A stretch of 64,000 nucleotides of DNA from Anthoceros angustus (taxonomy: Eukaryota > Plantae > Anthocerotophyta), in the NCBI GenBank assembly GCA_010909165.1, contig VJWM01000016.1, forward strand, positions 558,001-622,000, given 5' to 3'. The position numbers were made by a program, and so were the translations under genes. The notes below the pieces were generated by a model. That model saw only the letters and a list, made by a program, of their open reading frames with translations, ran no database searches and was not told the DNA's origin. Within the stretch, counting starts at the first letter, position 1; each line of letters starts with the position of its first letter. Of the stretch, positions 12,392 through 29,809 are shown piece after piece.

Positions 12392-13788
12392 TCATCGTTT
12401 GTGTCCTTCGATTATGGAGAAGCCACCAGGGAATGGAACGAATTCAACGCGGCTCCATCCTGCAGCAGACAGGATTGCTTGCCACTCGGCAGCGGTTCGT
12501 TCCTTGCCATTGGTATGGGCAAGCATTAGCATGTCGGCGTCTAATACTCGGGGTGGCTTGTCGTTCTCCTGACCAGGGGCCGGTACCACTGCCTCCAGCA
12601 GCACAACCTTCCCATCCTCCGGCACCGCCTTCCAGCAGTTTTTCAAAATCTGGATGCACTCTTCGTCGTTCCAGTCGTGAAGAATCCACTGCACCCGAAC
12701 GCAGGCATTTCACTCAACTACTTCCTTCCTCACCTTAAATCATTAAATTTAATGTACACCAAGGAGGGAAGGAAGGGAGAAGGGCTTCTACAATGCCAGT
12801 ATTTACCTTCATGTAGATAGCACCCGCATTAGGCACGCTTTTGAACATGTCTCCCCCAACATGCGTGACACCTGACCAAGAAAGAGACAGGTCTGTCACA
12901 TGCCTTTCATCAATTGTAGCCTTAACAAAGTATAAAAGAAGCGATGAGACATTGCTACTGGTCAATCAGCTCACCCACCAGGTATCTCAAGAGCTGTGGC
13001 TACCACCTCGGGCAGGTCAAAATTGATGCCTTTGATGTGGGGATTAGTGTGGAGGATTTTGCGCAAACTCATGCCCACACCTCCTCCAACGTCAGCGACC
13101 ACACCGACATCCTTGAAGCCTTGGTATGCAGGAATGATGGCGTCCAGCAATTGATCACTGAGAGTGGCCATAAGTCCATGGAACAAGGCGCCAAACTCCT
13201 GATCCTCCTTGCAAACGTCCCAGAGATCCTTCCCACCGTTGGCCACACGGAAAGGCTCCGTGCCTTCCTTCAGAACTGCCTCTTGAAGATACCAAAATGG
13301 AGTGGTGAAGGTAGGATGCAGAACACACCGAAGGATCGGAGCGTTTGAGCGGACCGCGCTGCTGACCATGAGTTGGGATATGGGCGTGAGACCGTATCGG
13401 ACCTCCGAGGCGCCATCTCCTACACAAGCACAAGCACAAGCACAAGCAGAGTCTGATTCACAGACTGCAAGCAGAATTCCACAATGTAGGCGGATGTGAC
13501 TGCACTCGAAGCGAACTGCTCCTCAGACTTACCGTATTGGGCTCGGAACACCTTGTGAGCTACGAGAAAGCGAAGAATGCGATTGAGAGCTGCGACGCCA
13601 GGATTGGAGGTGGGCAGCTGGGCGGCAATCTCCTGAGCTGTGAGCAGGGAGGCCTGACCAGCCCCTGCTATGATGTCCGCAATGCCAAGCTTCACAGCTG
13701 CATTCAGCACCGCGGAGCGGAGAGTTGCCAGCTGAAGATCCATAAGAGCCTCGACATATTCAGGACCTCCAGAAGCGTGATCACCCAT
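12392..13788 (-). CDS. Class II SAM-dependent O-methyltransferase (COMT-like), 4 exons
   Basis: Exons 13788-13533, 13419-12979, 12871-12807 and 12688-12392. Dimerisation region (LNAAVKLGIADII), SAM-binding VADVGGGVG, FDLPEV, GGDMF, KWILHDWNDE, GKERT. Confidence 0.92.
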
Positions 13789-13864
13789 TTTCCAAATCCA
13801 GAAACTCACAACCGCTAAGAAGTGTCTGCAGCTTGCGGCAATAGCTTCCTCCAGAACTGGAAGA

Positions 13865-14063
13865 GGCAACCATTTTGTTGAGAAATCCTTCCAAGGAAGC
13901 TCCTCCGGGACCTTCGTGGAGGCTAAATGATAAAATTCGGGCAAACTAACCCCATTGGTTGAGGAACGATCTGGAGCAAGGAACCATTTTGTTGAGCAAT
14001 CCTTCCCAGGAAGGTCCTCAGGAACCTTCCTGAACGCTAAATGATAAATTTCTGCAAACTAAC
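13865..14063. repeat. Imperfect duplication with a 114-bp period upstream of the OMT
   Basis: accattttgttgag..atccttcc..ggaag.tcctc.gg.accttc...gctaaatgataaa.t...gcaaactaac at about 13869 and about 13983. Confidence 0.85.
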
Positions 14064-15347
14064 GTCATCGATTACCGAAAGGTCAATTACAAACAGCATG
14101 GCAAAGCGCCTTGCTGAATCGTCCTATGCGAAACCTGGCATGTATGCCAATGTGCAAAACCCTAACCAATTAGATCTAATCACAAACTAATACATCTCAC
14201 TTGACGGAGTGAACCGCCACTAAATCCTGGAGGTTTATAGCACAGGAAGAAACAAAGAAGTATACATTTTATTTTAGATAAAATATAATATAGGAGTAGA
14301 TAAAATATAATATCCCTTTTATCCCATCTTTTTCTGGAAGACGTAGGCCATAGAGGCTCTTGTCTTTCTGATTCCAGGAGTTGGGAATCCGAGTCGGGAC
14401 ACGAGAGGGACCCAGTCACCCAGGCCCCTCCAAGCTTGCATCCCTGTTGATAAACGCCCGTTTGAAAGCATCTTAAGATGAGCCTGAGGATATTTCACCA
14501 TAAAGCGTGCAAGCACATACCGTGGCCTGGATCCATCCAGTTGGCGGGACGAAAAAGGACTTGGAGCCGAAAGTAAGGACATGGAATGGGCAACGACGGC
14601 CCGAGGCCAAAAGTGAGGACACCGAGTGGGCGGAAAGATGGCCATTAGTCTTGCCTGCATAGGAACTTGAGAATTTCAGGCGTCTGGCCAGCGCCTTGGG
14701 GAAATATTAGGAGATTTTATTGAGGTGAAAAAACGATGGAAAAAGCCCATCTATAGGAGGGGACAACCAAAGGGGACCAGGGGGTCAAGGTGAAGAGGAG
14801 CGACTGAGCTCCCTACCTAAAGTCTTGGGGTGTCTCTTTTATGTTTTGCTCCTTTGCTCGTGTTTCTTCAATCCAACCCATGTGCCGAGGAACAGGCGGC
14901 GTGCGTTGTGAAGCTCGCTCACGGCGAGGTGGCCTGTCGCAGGCGGTTTCCCGTGAGTATGGCACGGTTCCCACACAGACAAAGGTACACATACATACAT
15001 CGGATATGATAGACGAGGGAGAAGATGATCATGCCACGGTCATCTTCACCATGGGCATGCTGCACGGGCTTGTCAGTGGGGCCATATCTGGCTGACGAGC
15101 ATACAACCTACGTGAGTAGAACCTTGAAGCCAGAAATGGATATCGCGCACCGAAGTGATTCAAGCCAGATCGTCCTCCATCACATGCCGTTAACAGGACC
15201 TTTGACATGTAGTGCAGTCCAGCCTACCCTTTGTTTGCTGCCGAATATCTACTTCGCCTGCGGGCAGACCTACAAAAGTGTTGGCTGGCCAGTGGCGACA
15301 ATGTTGTGCGCCTACCAATTCTGAGTTCCGATTGAGAAGCGGTAGCA

Positions 15348-16844
15348 ATGGCCCTCTGCCCCCAACAATCGTATACCTTCGGATCGGATTCCAACGCCCA
15401 CCAAGGGCAACTCACGGCGCAGGCACACTGCGCCATCTCTCCAGCTGGCGATCGCTCAACTCCCTCACCACTTGCTGCGACATTGCAGAAGCAAGGCCCT
15501 GCACACGTACGTGGTGGCCATGGCGGGGTCATCCTGCCAACGCGGATCCACACGCAATTCCGGCAGCTTCCTGTACGGCGGCATGCCATAGCGAGTGCCC
15601 GAGCGAGCTCATCAGCTGGTGGGCTGGCCGTGACCGGTCGCGAGGAGGCGGAAGTGGAGCGGGAAGACCCTGCCAAGTGGAGAAGGGTGCAGAAGGAGCT
15701 GGTGGACGGGACGCTGGATCTGGAAGGACTGAAGCCGTCTCCAGCGCGGCGGGCGGAGCTGGTGGAGCAGGCGCTGGCGGGCGCGGAGACCGGATTCTTC
15801 TACATCAGCAACTTCGGCGTGGACCAGGCCCTCCTGGATGACGTGCGGGCCGAGTCCTTCCGCTTCTTCTCGCAGCCCATGGAGGAGAAGTTGAAGACGA
15901 GGACGATGTTGAAGATCAACGACGGGCGGGCCTACGGCTACGGCGTCGACTTTGGCGGCGACGCCGCCAACACGGAAGGTGCAGCGCTGCCGGAGCCCAA
16001 GATCCGGGAGGTGTACCGCCTCCGAGTGCACCCGGAATCTCACCGGGTGGAGAAGGCCTGGCCTCCCGCGCTGCCCAGCTTCAGGGAGAAGTTCTCGCTG
16101 TACGGGGACCGGATCCTGGCGGCGGCGCACTTCCTGGGAGGCCTGCTCACGGAGGGGCTGGGCCTGTCGGAATCCTACATCACCAACACCTACGGGCCGC
16201 TGCTGCTCAACATGGTCATGGCCAGGCGCCTGGCCCGGCCGCAAGGAGGAGGAAAGGGCCTGCCCACGCACACCGACAGCAACCTCTTCAATTTCCACGT
16301 CGCTGACGGCGTGCGGGGCTTGGAGCTCTTCCATGACGGGCAGTGGTTCACCGTGCCACCGCTGCTGGACCGCGCGCTCTTCACCATCGGGGAGGACATG
16401 GAGGTACGTGCGTGCGCTATTTGATGAACATTGCACAAGCAAGCTCTGCTCATGACAATTCTGTCTGAATCATCAATGCGTTGCAATTAAACATCGCAGA
16501 CTTTGAGCAACGGTAGGTGCTACGCCGTGTACCACAGAGTTGCGGCTGGAACTCGATTACGGCAGTCGATGATCACCACATGCGATGTCGGGCGGGATGA
16601 GATCATTGGACCCGCGCCGCAGCTCATCGACGACCACAATCCCGCTCGATACTTGGTGAGAAAGCAGGCGGACCGGACCGACCACATCCTTCAGGCCTTT
16701 CATCGTGGGATCAAGCCTGACCGCACCAAAGCCCCTCTCCTCGTACATCCCGACCGACACCTCGACCGCACCAGGAACCTTTATTATCACGGAGAGGGAG
16801 AGGAGGAGTTGCTCTACATCAATGGCGAGCCGTTGCTCTACTGA
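15348..16844 (+). CDS. 2-oxoglutarate/Fe(II)-dependent dioxygenase (DOXC-type), 2 exons, 466 aa, long N-terminal extension
   Basis: Exons 15348-16403 and 16500-16844. GFFYISNFGV, Fe-binding HTD, distal YHRV and 2OG-binding RQS are all intact. Confidence 0.9.
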
Positions 16845-17206
16845 CGGGTATATGCTTGCTCCAAATGCACCAAAAGCTCTTCTTTCGTTTCGTGGTGTGT
16901 GCCTTCACTTGTGTGACAGGAAAACACATCCTTTACAGGGGGGGCAGGATCCAAAGGCAAAATCCTTCCCATCCTGTTAGAACATCTCCAAGTCGAAGGA
17001 CGGTTCCCAGCCTTCCAACATCTAAGAAAACGGTACAGACGGCTCTCCTATACATGAGAAGAGTCCCTTCCCTTTAGAAGAAGCAGCCAGCAAAAGAACC
17101 AGGTTCCGAGGGTGGACGTGAATGGCAAGGAACTTCTCCAGTCCAGAGACATTTTAGATGTGGTGGTGATTCATTGATATGGCACAAAGACGTAAGGGAA
17201 CCATTC

Positions 17207-17552
17207 ATACGTGGTGGTGATTCATTGATATAGCACATAGACAGATCGGTTGATGTGCTGCTCCATGGCCCCGGATGTAGACTACAATTCCATAATGTAC
17301 TGGGACTGTGAGACACTTGAGATACGTGGTGGTGATTCATTGATATAGCACATAGACAGATCGGTTGATGTGCTGCTCCATGGCCCCGGATGTAGACTAC
17401 AATTCCATAATGTACTGGGACTGTGAGACACTTGAGATACGTGGTGGTGATTCATTGATATAGCACATAGACAGATCGGTTGATGTGCTGCTCCATGGCC
17501 CCGGATGTAGACTACAATTCCATAATGTACTGGGACTGTGAGACACTTGAGA
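17207..17552. repeat. 3 x 115-bp identical tandem repeat, plus a partial unit at about 17160
   Basis: gtggtggtgattcattgatatagcacatagacag... starts at 17211, 17326 and 17441. Confidence 0.95.
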
Positions 17553-17841
17553 GAGACTCTACAATTTAGAGTATCTTATCCTTTGCAACAAAAGGTAACT
17601 TATGGGAGTTGCGCTTGTGGATGCTATACTAGTACCTAGGCTTGCAATATTCCTTGAAAGAGGATCTTGCCCGTGGCGGGTTGGTCACCTCGTGCACACA
17701 AGGTGCAGAGTCTTGGTGTGCGACCTATAAATGCACAATAGTACTAGTTCTAGCTCTCGGTCGAGTGAAGGGACTGTGAGTTGAGGTGCAATTAAATACC
17801 GGTAGATGCAGCTGAACTAAGCAGGGTGCTGCTCGATTGCA

Positions 17842-18482
17842 ATGGCCCTCTGCCGGCATCAGTCCCTGCCATTGTGCGCTCGCGGTGGGATGCGGTGAAC
17901 GCGTACGAGATCCTGCACCACCGCCCTCAACCTCGCCCTCTGCAGCATGGGTTGCAGGTTGTACGCAGCAAATCCCCAGCTCCAACTCCCTCACCGCTAC
18001 CTGCAGGGGTCAGACGTCCGAGACGAATTCGGGAATGGCGCACCTCCGATTGCAAGTTCGCCGTGCCACTGCTGCATACGGCTGCCGCGCACGGCATCGC
18101 CCGAGCCTCCTCCTCATCAGGCCAAGGGCTGGCCCAGCTGGCGGAGGGTGCGGAGGCTGAGCTTCCCATGGAGTTTCCGGTCGAATCCCCTGCGAGCTGG
18201 AGCAGGGCCGACAGGGCGCTGGTGGACAGGACGCTGGACCTAGAAGGGTTGCAGCCGTCCCCGGCCCGGCGCGCGGAGCTGGTGAAGCAGGCGGCCGCGG
18301 GAGCGGAGACCGGCCTGTTCTACGTCAAGAACTTGGGCATCGACTTGGGCTTGCTGGAGGACGTCCGGCGGGAGGCGTATCGCTTCTTCACACAGCCGGT
18401 GCAGAAGAAGGCCAAGACGGTGGCGTCCCTGCCCGTCCCCGACGGCCGCACATACGGCTACTCCTTCGACTTCGGCGGGGAC
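17842..18482 (+). pseudogene. 2OG-Fe(II) dioxygenase paralog, 5' part (frameshifted and truncated)
   Basis: ATGGCCCTCTGC start like copy 1, but out of frame with the conserved part (LDLEGLQPSPARRAELV, GLFYVKNLGID, GRTYGYSFDFGGD). Homology stops abruptly at about 18482, before the HxD motif. Confidence 0.85.
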
Positions 18483-19824
18483 AGGCTCCAGGACTCTCTT
18501 AACTGAATGATTTGAATGTCGGAGCTGCACTTAACCAGGTTTTACAGATATCCTGCAGAGTCGGATGACCGACTCCTCTCTCAGGCGCAATCAGAAGCTC
18601 CCATAACAGTAGGAACAATGATCACTACGACCTACAGCAATGATCTACGACTGAGCTGCACACAACGGCTAAAGTTTGTCAGGCAACAGAGGAACAATTC
18701 GACTCTATTAGGCAACCGACTGTCCAGCTCCCAATTAAAAGCTTAAACCTTTAAGGCCAAAGGAAGAGATAACAGCACAAATTGGATTTTGATGCTTGCA
18801 GACCCACACAACTAGGCGGAAGAGAGCAACAGATGTCTCAAATCAGGGATGCTACCCGAGGTGTGGATGGAAATCAGTTTGCTTTCAGTCTGATCTAGCC
18901 CAGAAAGGCGAGGGCAGCAACAATAGGGTCCAAGTTCCAACAATTCAAAGTAACACCTGACCACAGAGATAAAGCGATGATTGGTGCTGTCCAATGTTTG
19001 CCATCCAGTGATGCAAAGATGCTGCCCAACATTCCGCAACACGACAGCAAGGCCAGACAGGATTTGAATTCAAGGTTCTCATGGAGATACCTCATCGGCT
19101 AGCAGAATTTGATGCAGAGCTTTGTGACAGTGTTACAAGCATGGAGAAACGTGCGCGCGGGATCTTGGTAGACTGACCACAAAGGGTTGATGCAGAGCTT
19201 TATGGTAGTGTTTGGTTACTGGCAGGGGGAAACGTGCGTGATCTTGACAGACTGACGACAAAGGGTATGGTGAGAGACACGACCAGGACGTATCCGATGA
19301 TGACTACACGAGCTGGTAGGACGGAAGGCCCGGTGCTCATCCATAACAAGGAGGAACGGCATTCACAGTCTATAAGACAGAAAACACAACGGAGATGGCG
19401 GATCAACCCTATCTTGGAGGCATCGGAGCCTGCATCACTCGCCCCGATTGCTGGGGTTTTGCGGCTCGGGAGTAGGAAGGTGCCAATCGAGCCGGTGGCT
19501 CTGTGGCGAAGGGTTGGGACCACCAGGGCACCTCGGGGCAGGCCGGCTTCGCAGGTCTCTTCCGGGGCATCACTGCCCATCAATTTGCAGGCATCGCAGC
19601 TGGAGCGGGAATTCCTTCTGCCGCGTGTGGCACTCTTGTGCCGCCCATCGGCCGGCTCTCAATCTGCAGCTCAGAGTTCCGCGGACCAGGCCGGCGACTT
19701 CGCAGGTGGAATCGGGCAGCGTTCTTTTGCGCTTGCATGGCTTGATCTCGGGAGGATAGGTACCTACTAGGTGGTATGGATTGTTGAGGTCCCGGTTTTG
19801 CACCGGTGGAGCGAGGATTGAAAA

Positions 19825-21400
19825 ATGGCAGACCAGCTATCTGCTTGCAAGCGGAAGCTCTCCAGCTTGTGTGAGCGCCGCCAGATTCGGAAGCCTGAAT
19901 CCACAGATGGGTTATGTACCTCTCCTTCTATGTCAAGTACTCGGGATAAGCCTGAACTGCAAGCGTGCAGAATCGAAAATGGGCATCGTAACAGCTGGAA
20001 TGGTGGGCATGTCATGTCAACAGGGAAAGCCCTCAAAGGCCGTGCAGCCCTGAAATTTCTCGCTCACATAGACACTGCTATTTCTCGGTCTCTGCTCCCC
20101 ACTGTGCTATAGTTGTGGACAGCTGGGAAGAAGTTGGTTGTGGGGAACAAGTCCATGACCAAGCGCGCAGGATGGGTACTGAGCGTGATAACGGCTGGAA
20201 CTGTGAGCATGCTTGGTCAGCAGGGGTAACTCTCTGAGGCCATTGGAGCCCTGGAATTTCTTGCTTGCACAGACTATGACATTTCTCAGTCTCTGCTTTA
20301 CACGTTGCTCAGTGTCAATCTTGGGTACGAGTCCGGTGCGTACTTGATGAACCGTATCTAGCGCATCTACATGTGGTGCGGTAGGCTGCAGGAGGCCATG
20401 AAGGTGTTCACCAAGGTTGGCAAACCCACTGTCCTCGTGTGTTTTCCTTAATTTCTGCACATGCTAAGCGCCGGAAACCTAAGGAGGGCATACAACTCTA
20501 CCATGAGATGCGTAGGTCAGGAGTGAAGGTGAATATGAATTGTCACATATTTGTAGCTGCCCTTCAGGCTGGCACATCTGCCGCCGACTTGGAATCTGGC
20601 AGAAAAGTGCAGTGTGAGGTGATGCACATTGGCACTCCTACTAACATCTTTGGGAACTACCTGGTGGACATGCAGGCAAAATGTGGCGAACTGATAGACA
20701 CACACTGAAAGATGCACGCCAGGTTTCTGACAGCATGAACACTAAACAATCTGGTGCCATGGACTGCCCTGATAGCTGGATATGCCCAGCAAGGGCTCGG
20801 ACATGTGGCGCTTGTTGTGTATGGACAAATGGAGGAGGCGGGCATCATTTTGGCTGTCCATTTTACTTTTGCTTGCCTTCTGTAGACCTGTGCAGGCACT
20901 GGCGCCTTACTGAAGGGCAGGCAGCTGCACTCACACAGATTGTTGAAAGAGGACTCTTTGATGACGCAGTGGTGGGCACCTGCCTAGTGGACATGTATGC
21001 AATGTGGTGAACTGGAATATGCTCTCACAAGGTTTTTGACAGCATGAACACAAAGAATCTGGTGACATGGAATGAATGCTCTGATCACTGGGTATGCACA
21101 GAAAGGGCTCTGGCATGAGGCGCTTGTCGTGTATGGACAAATGGAGCAGGGGGAGCTGGTTTTAGCTTGCCAAGTGACTTTTGACTGCGCTCTGAAGGGC
21201 TGTGCAAGCACTGGTGTCTTGCAGAAGGGCAGGCAGTTGCACTCACAGATTGTCGAAAGAAAACTGTCGAATGACGTGGTGGTGGGCACCTGCCTGGTGG
21301 ACATGTATGCAAAATGTGGTGGACTGGAAAATGCATGCCAGAATTTTGACAGCATGTACACGAAGAATGTGGAGTCATATGCGCATGGACCGCCTGATAT
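19825..21400 (+). pseudogene. Degenerate PLS-class PPR gene lying between the two halves of the dioxygenase paralog
   Basis: MWCGRLQEAMKVF, LYHEMRRSGV, LVDMQAKCGEL, NALITGYAQKGLWHEALVVYGQME, VVVGTCLVDMYAKCGGLENA. Many stops and frameshifts; no E/DYW domain recognised. Confidence 0.85.
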
Positions 21401-21704
21401 CTGGGAGGAAAGATCTGCAATTGTGCAAGCAGGCGATCCTTGCTTCGCTTTGATCAAGGTAGTACCTAGTGGAGCGAGCATGTAAGATTGCAAACATTTC
21501 GGCACTCGTGGGGTTTGTGCTTGTGCGCAACCGCAAGTATGGGAGAAATGGTTGTGGAGAGACGTGGTCGAAGGCATGACATGGTTTTGGGCGCTGTTGC
21601 CATATCCATATAGCATGACTCTGCAGGTTAAGGAGTTGAATTCTATGCCTCAATTCTGCAGCTGGTTATGAGGAAGCCTTTGAGCACCTCAACGATACAT
21701 TACT

Positions 21705-22124
21705 CCGGCAGATAAGAAATCATACATCTTGCTGAAGTGCAAGCCGATCCCAGCAAAGCTTGGACGGGAGCTCGAAGACGTCTGTCAATGCTTATAAATT
21801 TTGACGTTGGCCGGGACGAGGCCATCGCGCCTACAGAGCAGCTCATCGACGCTCTCGATCCCGCTCGATACCGCGGAAGGAGGGCAGGACGACCAGACCG
21901 ACTACTTCCTCGACTCCTTTCAGAACTCGTGCAAGCCAGACCGCACCAAATCCTACATGCTTCTGCATCCCGCCCAACACATCGACTCAACCAAGAATCT
22001 GTATCACCAACAGCAGGGCTTGCTGTACATCAATGGCGACCCGCTGCTGCAACCACCTGCTGGCTTCCACCACCTCTTGCAACCACCCCACTTTTCATTG
22101 CTCTTCGAACCGCTGCTGTATTAG
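21705..22124 (+). pseudogene. 2OG-Fe(II) dioxygenase paralog, 3' exon remnant
   Basis: FDVGRDEAIAPTEQLIDALDPARY, then after a frameshift KPDRTK..LLHP..HID.TKNLY..GLLYING.PLL. Homologous to exon 2 of the intact copy. Confidence 0.85.
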
Positions 22125-22229
22125 CCTTAGGCTTCCACCCACATCCCCACATTTCATTGCTCTTTGGAATGTTTTCAGCCCCTAAAAAACGCACAACGTA
22201 GTATATGTCCTGAACCAAGGAGCGCATCA

Positions 22230-22301
22230 AGCTCCCGGCGAGGATTGAACTCGCGACCTTTCGCTTACGAAGCGAACGCACTACCACTATGCTACGGAAG
22301 C
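22230..22301 (-). tRNA. tRNA-Thr (anticodon CGT)
   Basis: 72 nt GCTTCCGTAGCATAGTGGTAGTGCGTTCGCTTCGTAAGCGAAAGGTCGCGAGTTCAATCCTCGCCGGGAGCT. Cloverleaf with anticodon arm TTCGC-TT-CGT-AA-GCGAA and TTC T-loop. Confidence 0.96.
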
Positions 22302-22499
22302 GGCGCATATGCGGGAATTGAGTTAAATTATGATCACAAGATACCCGTCCCAAAGAACATTTTTATTATTTTATTTAAGTCCACTAAGTACGGATTTCCG
22401 TCGTGGGACTGATCTGACACATATACATAGAGTCCATAATGAAAATTAACTGCTATTATGAATATGGTCTAGAGACTAGTGCTCTGAAGCATAATCAAA

Positions 22500-24050
22500 T
22501 ATCCCGCAAGTTGAGAAGTTGAATTTGATTGGTCCTCATTTTCCACATTTGTTTCAAGAAAACTCCTGCAATAATATAATAGGGTCAGGAAAAAAGAAAA
22601 AACTCCTGAGTGAAGATCGAGCTGTTGTAAATAGATTGATAAATGTATGCCTGATATCTTCATATGTAGGCCAGAGGAAAACAAAATGTCTCAACACCCC
22701 TGTTGCATAACTTGCATATTCGGGTCTCCTTATGTGGCTTTGGATGCAGCCATCTATCAGTCTCAACCCTGAGATGATGGGACCCCACTCGAAGATGACC
22801 CATAATCATCCTAAGCTTGAAGGACACATGGGTGTGAAGATAGAGAGAAAGCATTGGTTTCCCAGAGTTGGAGAGGATAAGAAAAAGTTGTTTGTAAGTT
22901 TCCAGCTTAGTGGGTAAGGGAAAGATAGGAGACCAGATATAAGACAAATAGGTAGTTGTAGTTCAAGGCGGATGGACTTATTCGGGGGAGGGGGAAGAAA
23001 CTGAAAGACGGGGTGGGCTGGAAGACTCTCGGGACAGAATCCAAACTTCTGGAGCTAGGAAGAAGACTGGGCGTACCAGCAGGTCTTGTTTCTTGAGGAG
23101 GCTAACTTCCGGGATGACTGGAATGCAAGAAGGAGGTATGAGGGAGTGGAGGTGGGGTGATTAGACTGAGCTTCTTCTAAAGAGTAGAGGCGGTATAGGA
23201 AATTTGGTTAGGCGAAATAGATCCTCAAGTTCAAGTGGGAAAGCGGCAAACTCTGTAAGAAAGATGGCAAGGGGGACGGACTTCTTACATGCAATGTGGG
23301 GCCAAAGAAAGGATGTCTGCACCTGCTCCATCCTGCACTAGTCGTCAAGTGAGAGATAGGGTCCCCAAAACTCGGTCGCATACATAGCCGAAGGAACAAC
23401 AACTGTGTTGAAGAGCCATTGCTAAGTGGGGATGCCCTTGATGTGCATCCTCGAGCACTGTCTTCGAAGCCCACATGCAGATGCCATACCCTTGACAATG
23501 CGAGTAGAGGCAGAGAGCTTCCACTAGAGTGTCGGGCCATAGAGAGTGCCACCTAGGTAGACATAAGATCGAACCACCTCCACAGGCTCACCATTGTAGA
23601 ATAACCTCAGATTGTGTTCAACTAGATCCCGCCAGTTGAAAAATGGTCTTGGTCTTCTTCAAATTCACTGACCTTGGTCTTCTTCAAATTCACTTCTAAA
23701 TCTCTTGCCGTGCAGAAGCGGGGCAATGTGTCTAGTTGCTGTTGAAAACCCTCAGAAGAATGGGACAAAAGTGCAATGTCATCTGGATACAAGAGAATAG
23801 CTATATATACCAAGGAGAGGAGGCAGCCAAGATCCTTAGACTCCGCTGTCCAAGACTCCAGCTCATCAATATACAAGCCAAATAGGTTAGAAGAAGATGA
23901 TCTCCCTGCCGCACTCCCATATTGCAAAGTGGGAGGCAGGATAACCTTTAGCTATACCACAACTACTTTAGAATACCAAGGAAGAAGGAGTGGATGCCGT
24001 TGGTGCAAGTAGCTTAGGCACGCCGTGTTACTAGTTGTTGAGTACCATGA
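22500..24050 (-). mobile_element. 5'-truncated LINE (non-LTR retrotransposon) ORF2 remnant
   Basis: RT motifs NLFGLYIDEL, LLYPDDIALL (YADD-equivalent), LEVNLKKTKV. C-terminal RVGSHHLRVETDRW...RICKLC...VET motif. Confidence 0.85.
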
Positions 24051-24639
24051 CTGGAAAGAATTTCGTCCAAGTGGACTATAATAGACATCTTCTCCTTAAC
24101 TCTGCAAACGAATCATGGCATAAGGATGTGGACTCTAGTTCTCTTATCTCTTAGCATTAGTTCTAGACTTTTGTGGGCCTTGAGCTTGGCGTGATTTTGT
24201 CCTTTGATACATACGATGGTAGCTAGGACATTTGGTGACATGCTTTGGAGCTACTGCTGCTCCCACCTGACAACCACGTGCCTCACTTTTCATTGCTCTT
24301 CGAAATGTTTACAGCTCTGAGGGGAATGGTTTGAAGTCATCAGGATGTCGACTCTAGTTCCCTTACTTCTAAACAGTGCCTTGAGCTTGGCGTGATTCTG
24401 TCCTTTCACACATACGATGGTAGCTTGTGAATATTTTGTGACATGCTCTTGAGCTGCCGCTCTTGTAAGAACAAGCACTTCGACTGTTTTTCTCTGGGGC
24501 TCCAGTCCTCTACCACAAGGGGATCGAACTGGCACAGTGCCTGTAGACTCACTCTCGGAGTCTTGAGGGCAGCGACACGACTTACACAAGGTGACAACAG
24601 AGGATACCAATCCTGAGTAATGTTAAGCTCTGGAGCGAC

Positions 24640-29809
<5,170 letters not shown>

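Noticed and set aside
14160-14850. Possible solo LTR or MITE (also 41540-42050)
   Set aside because: No terminal repeats, TSD or second copy identified in the window.
17207-17552. CRISPR-like repeat
   Set aside because: Identical 115-bp units with no repeat-spacer alternation.
24050-24610. Duplicated segment of about 130 bp (IVC.KGQNHAKLKA) downstream of the minus ABCC
   Set aside because: A real imperfect duplication, but no product or element could be assigned.
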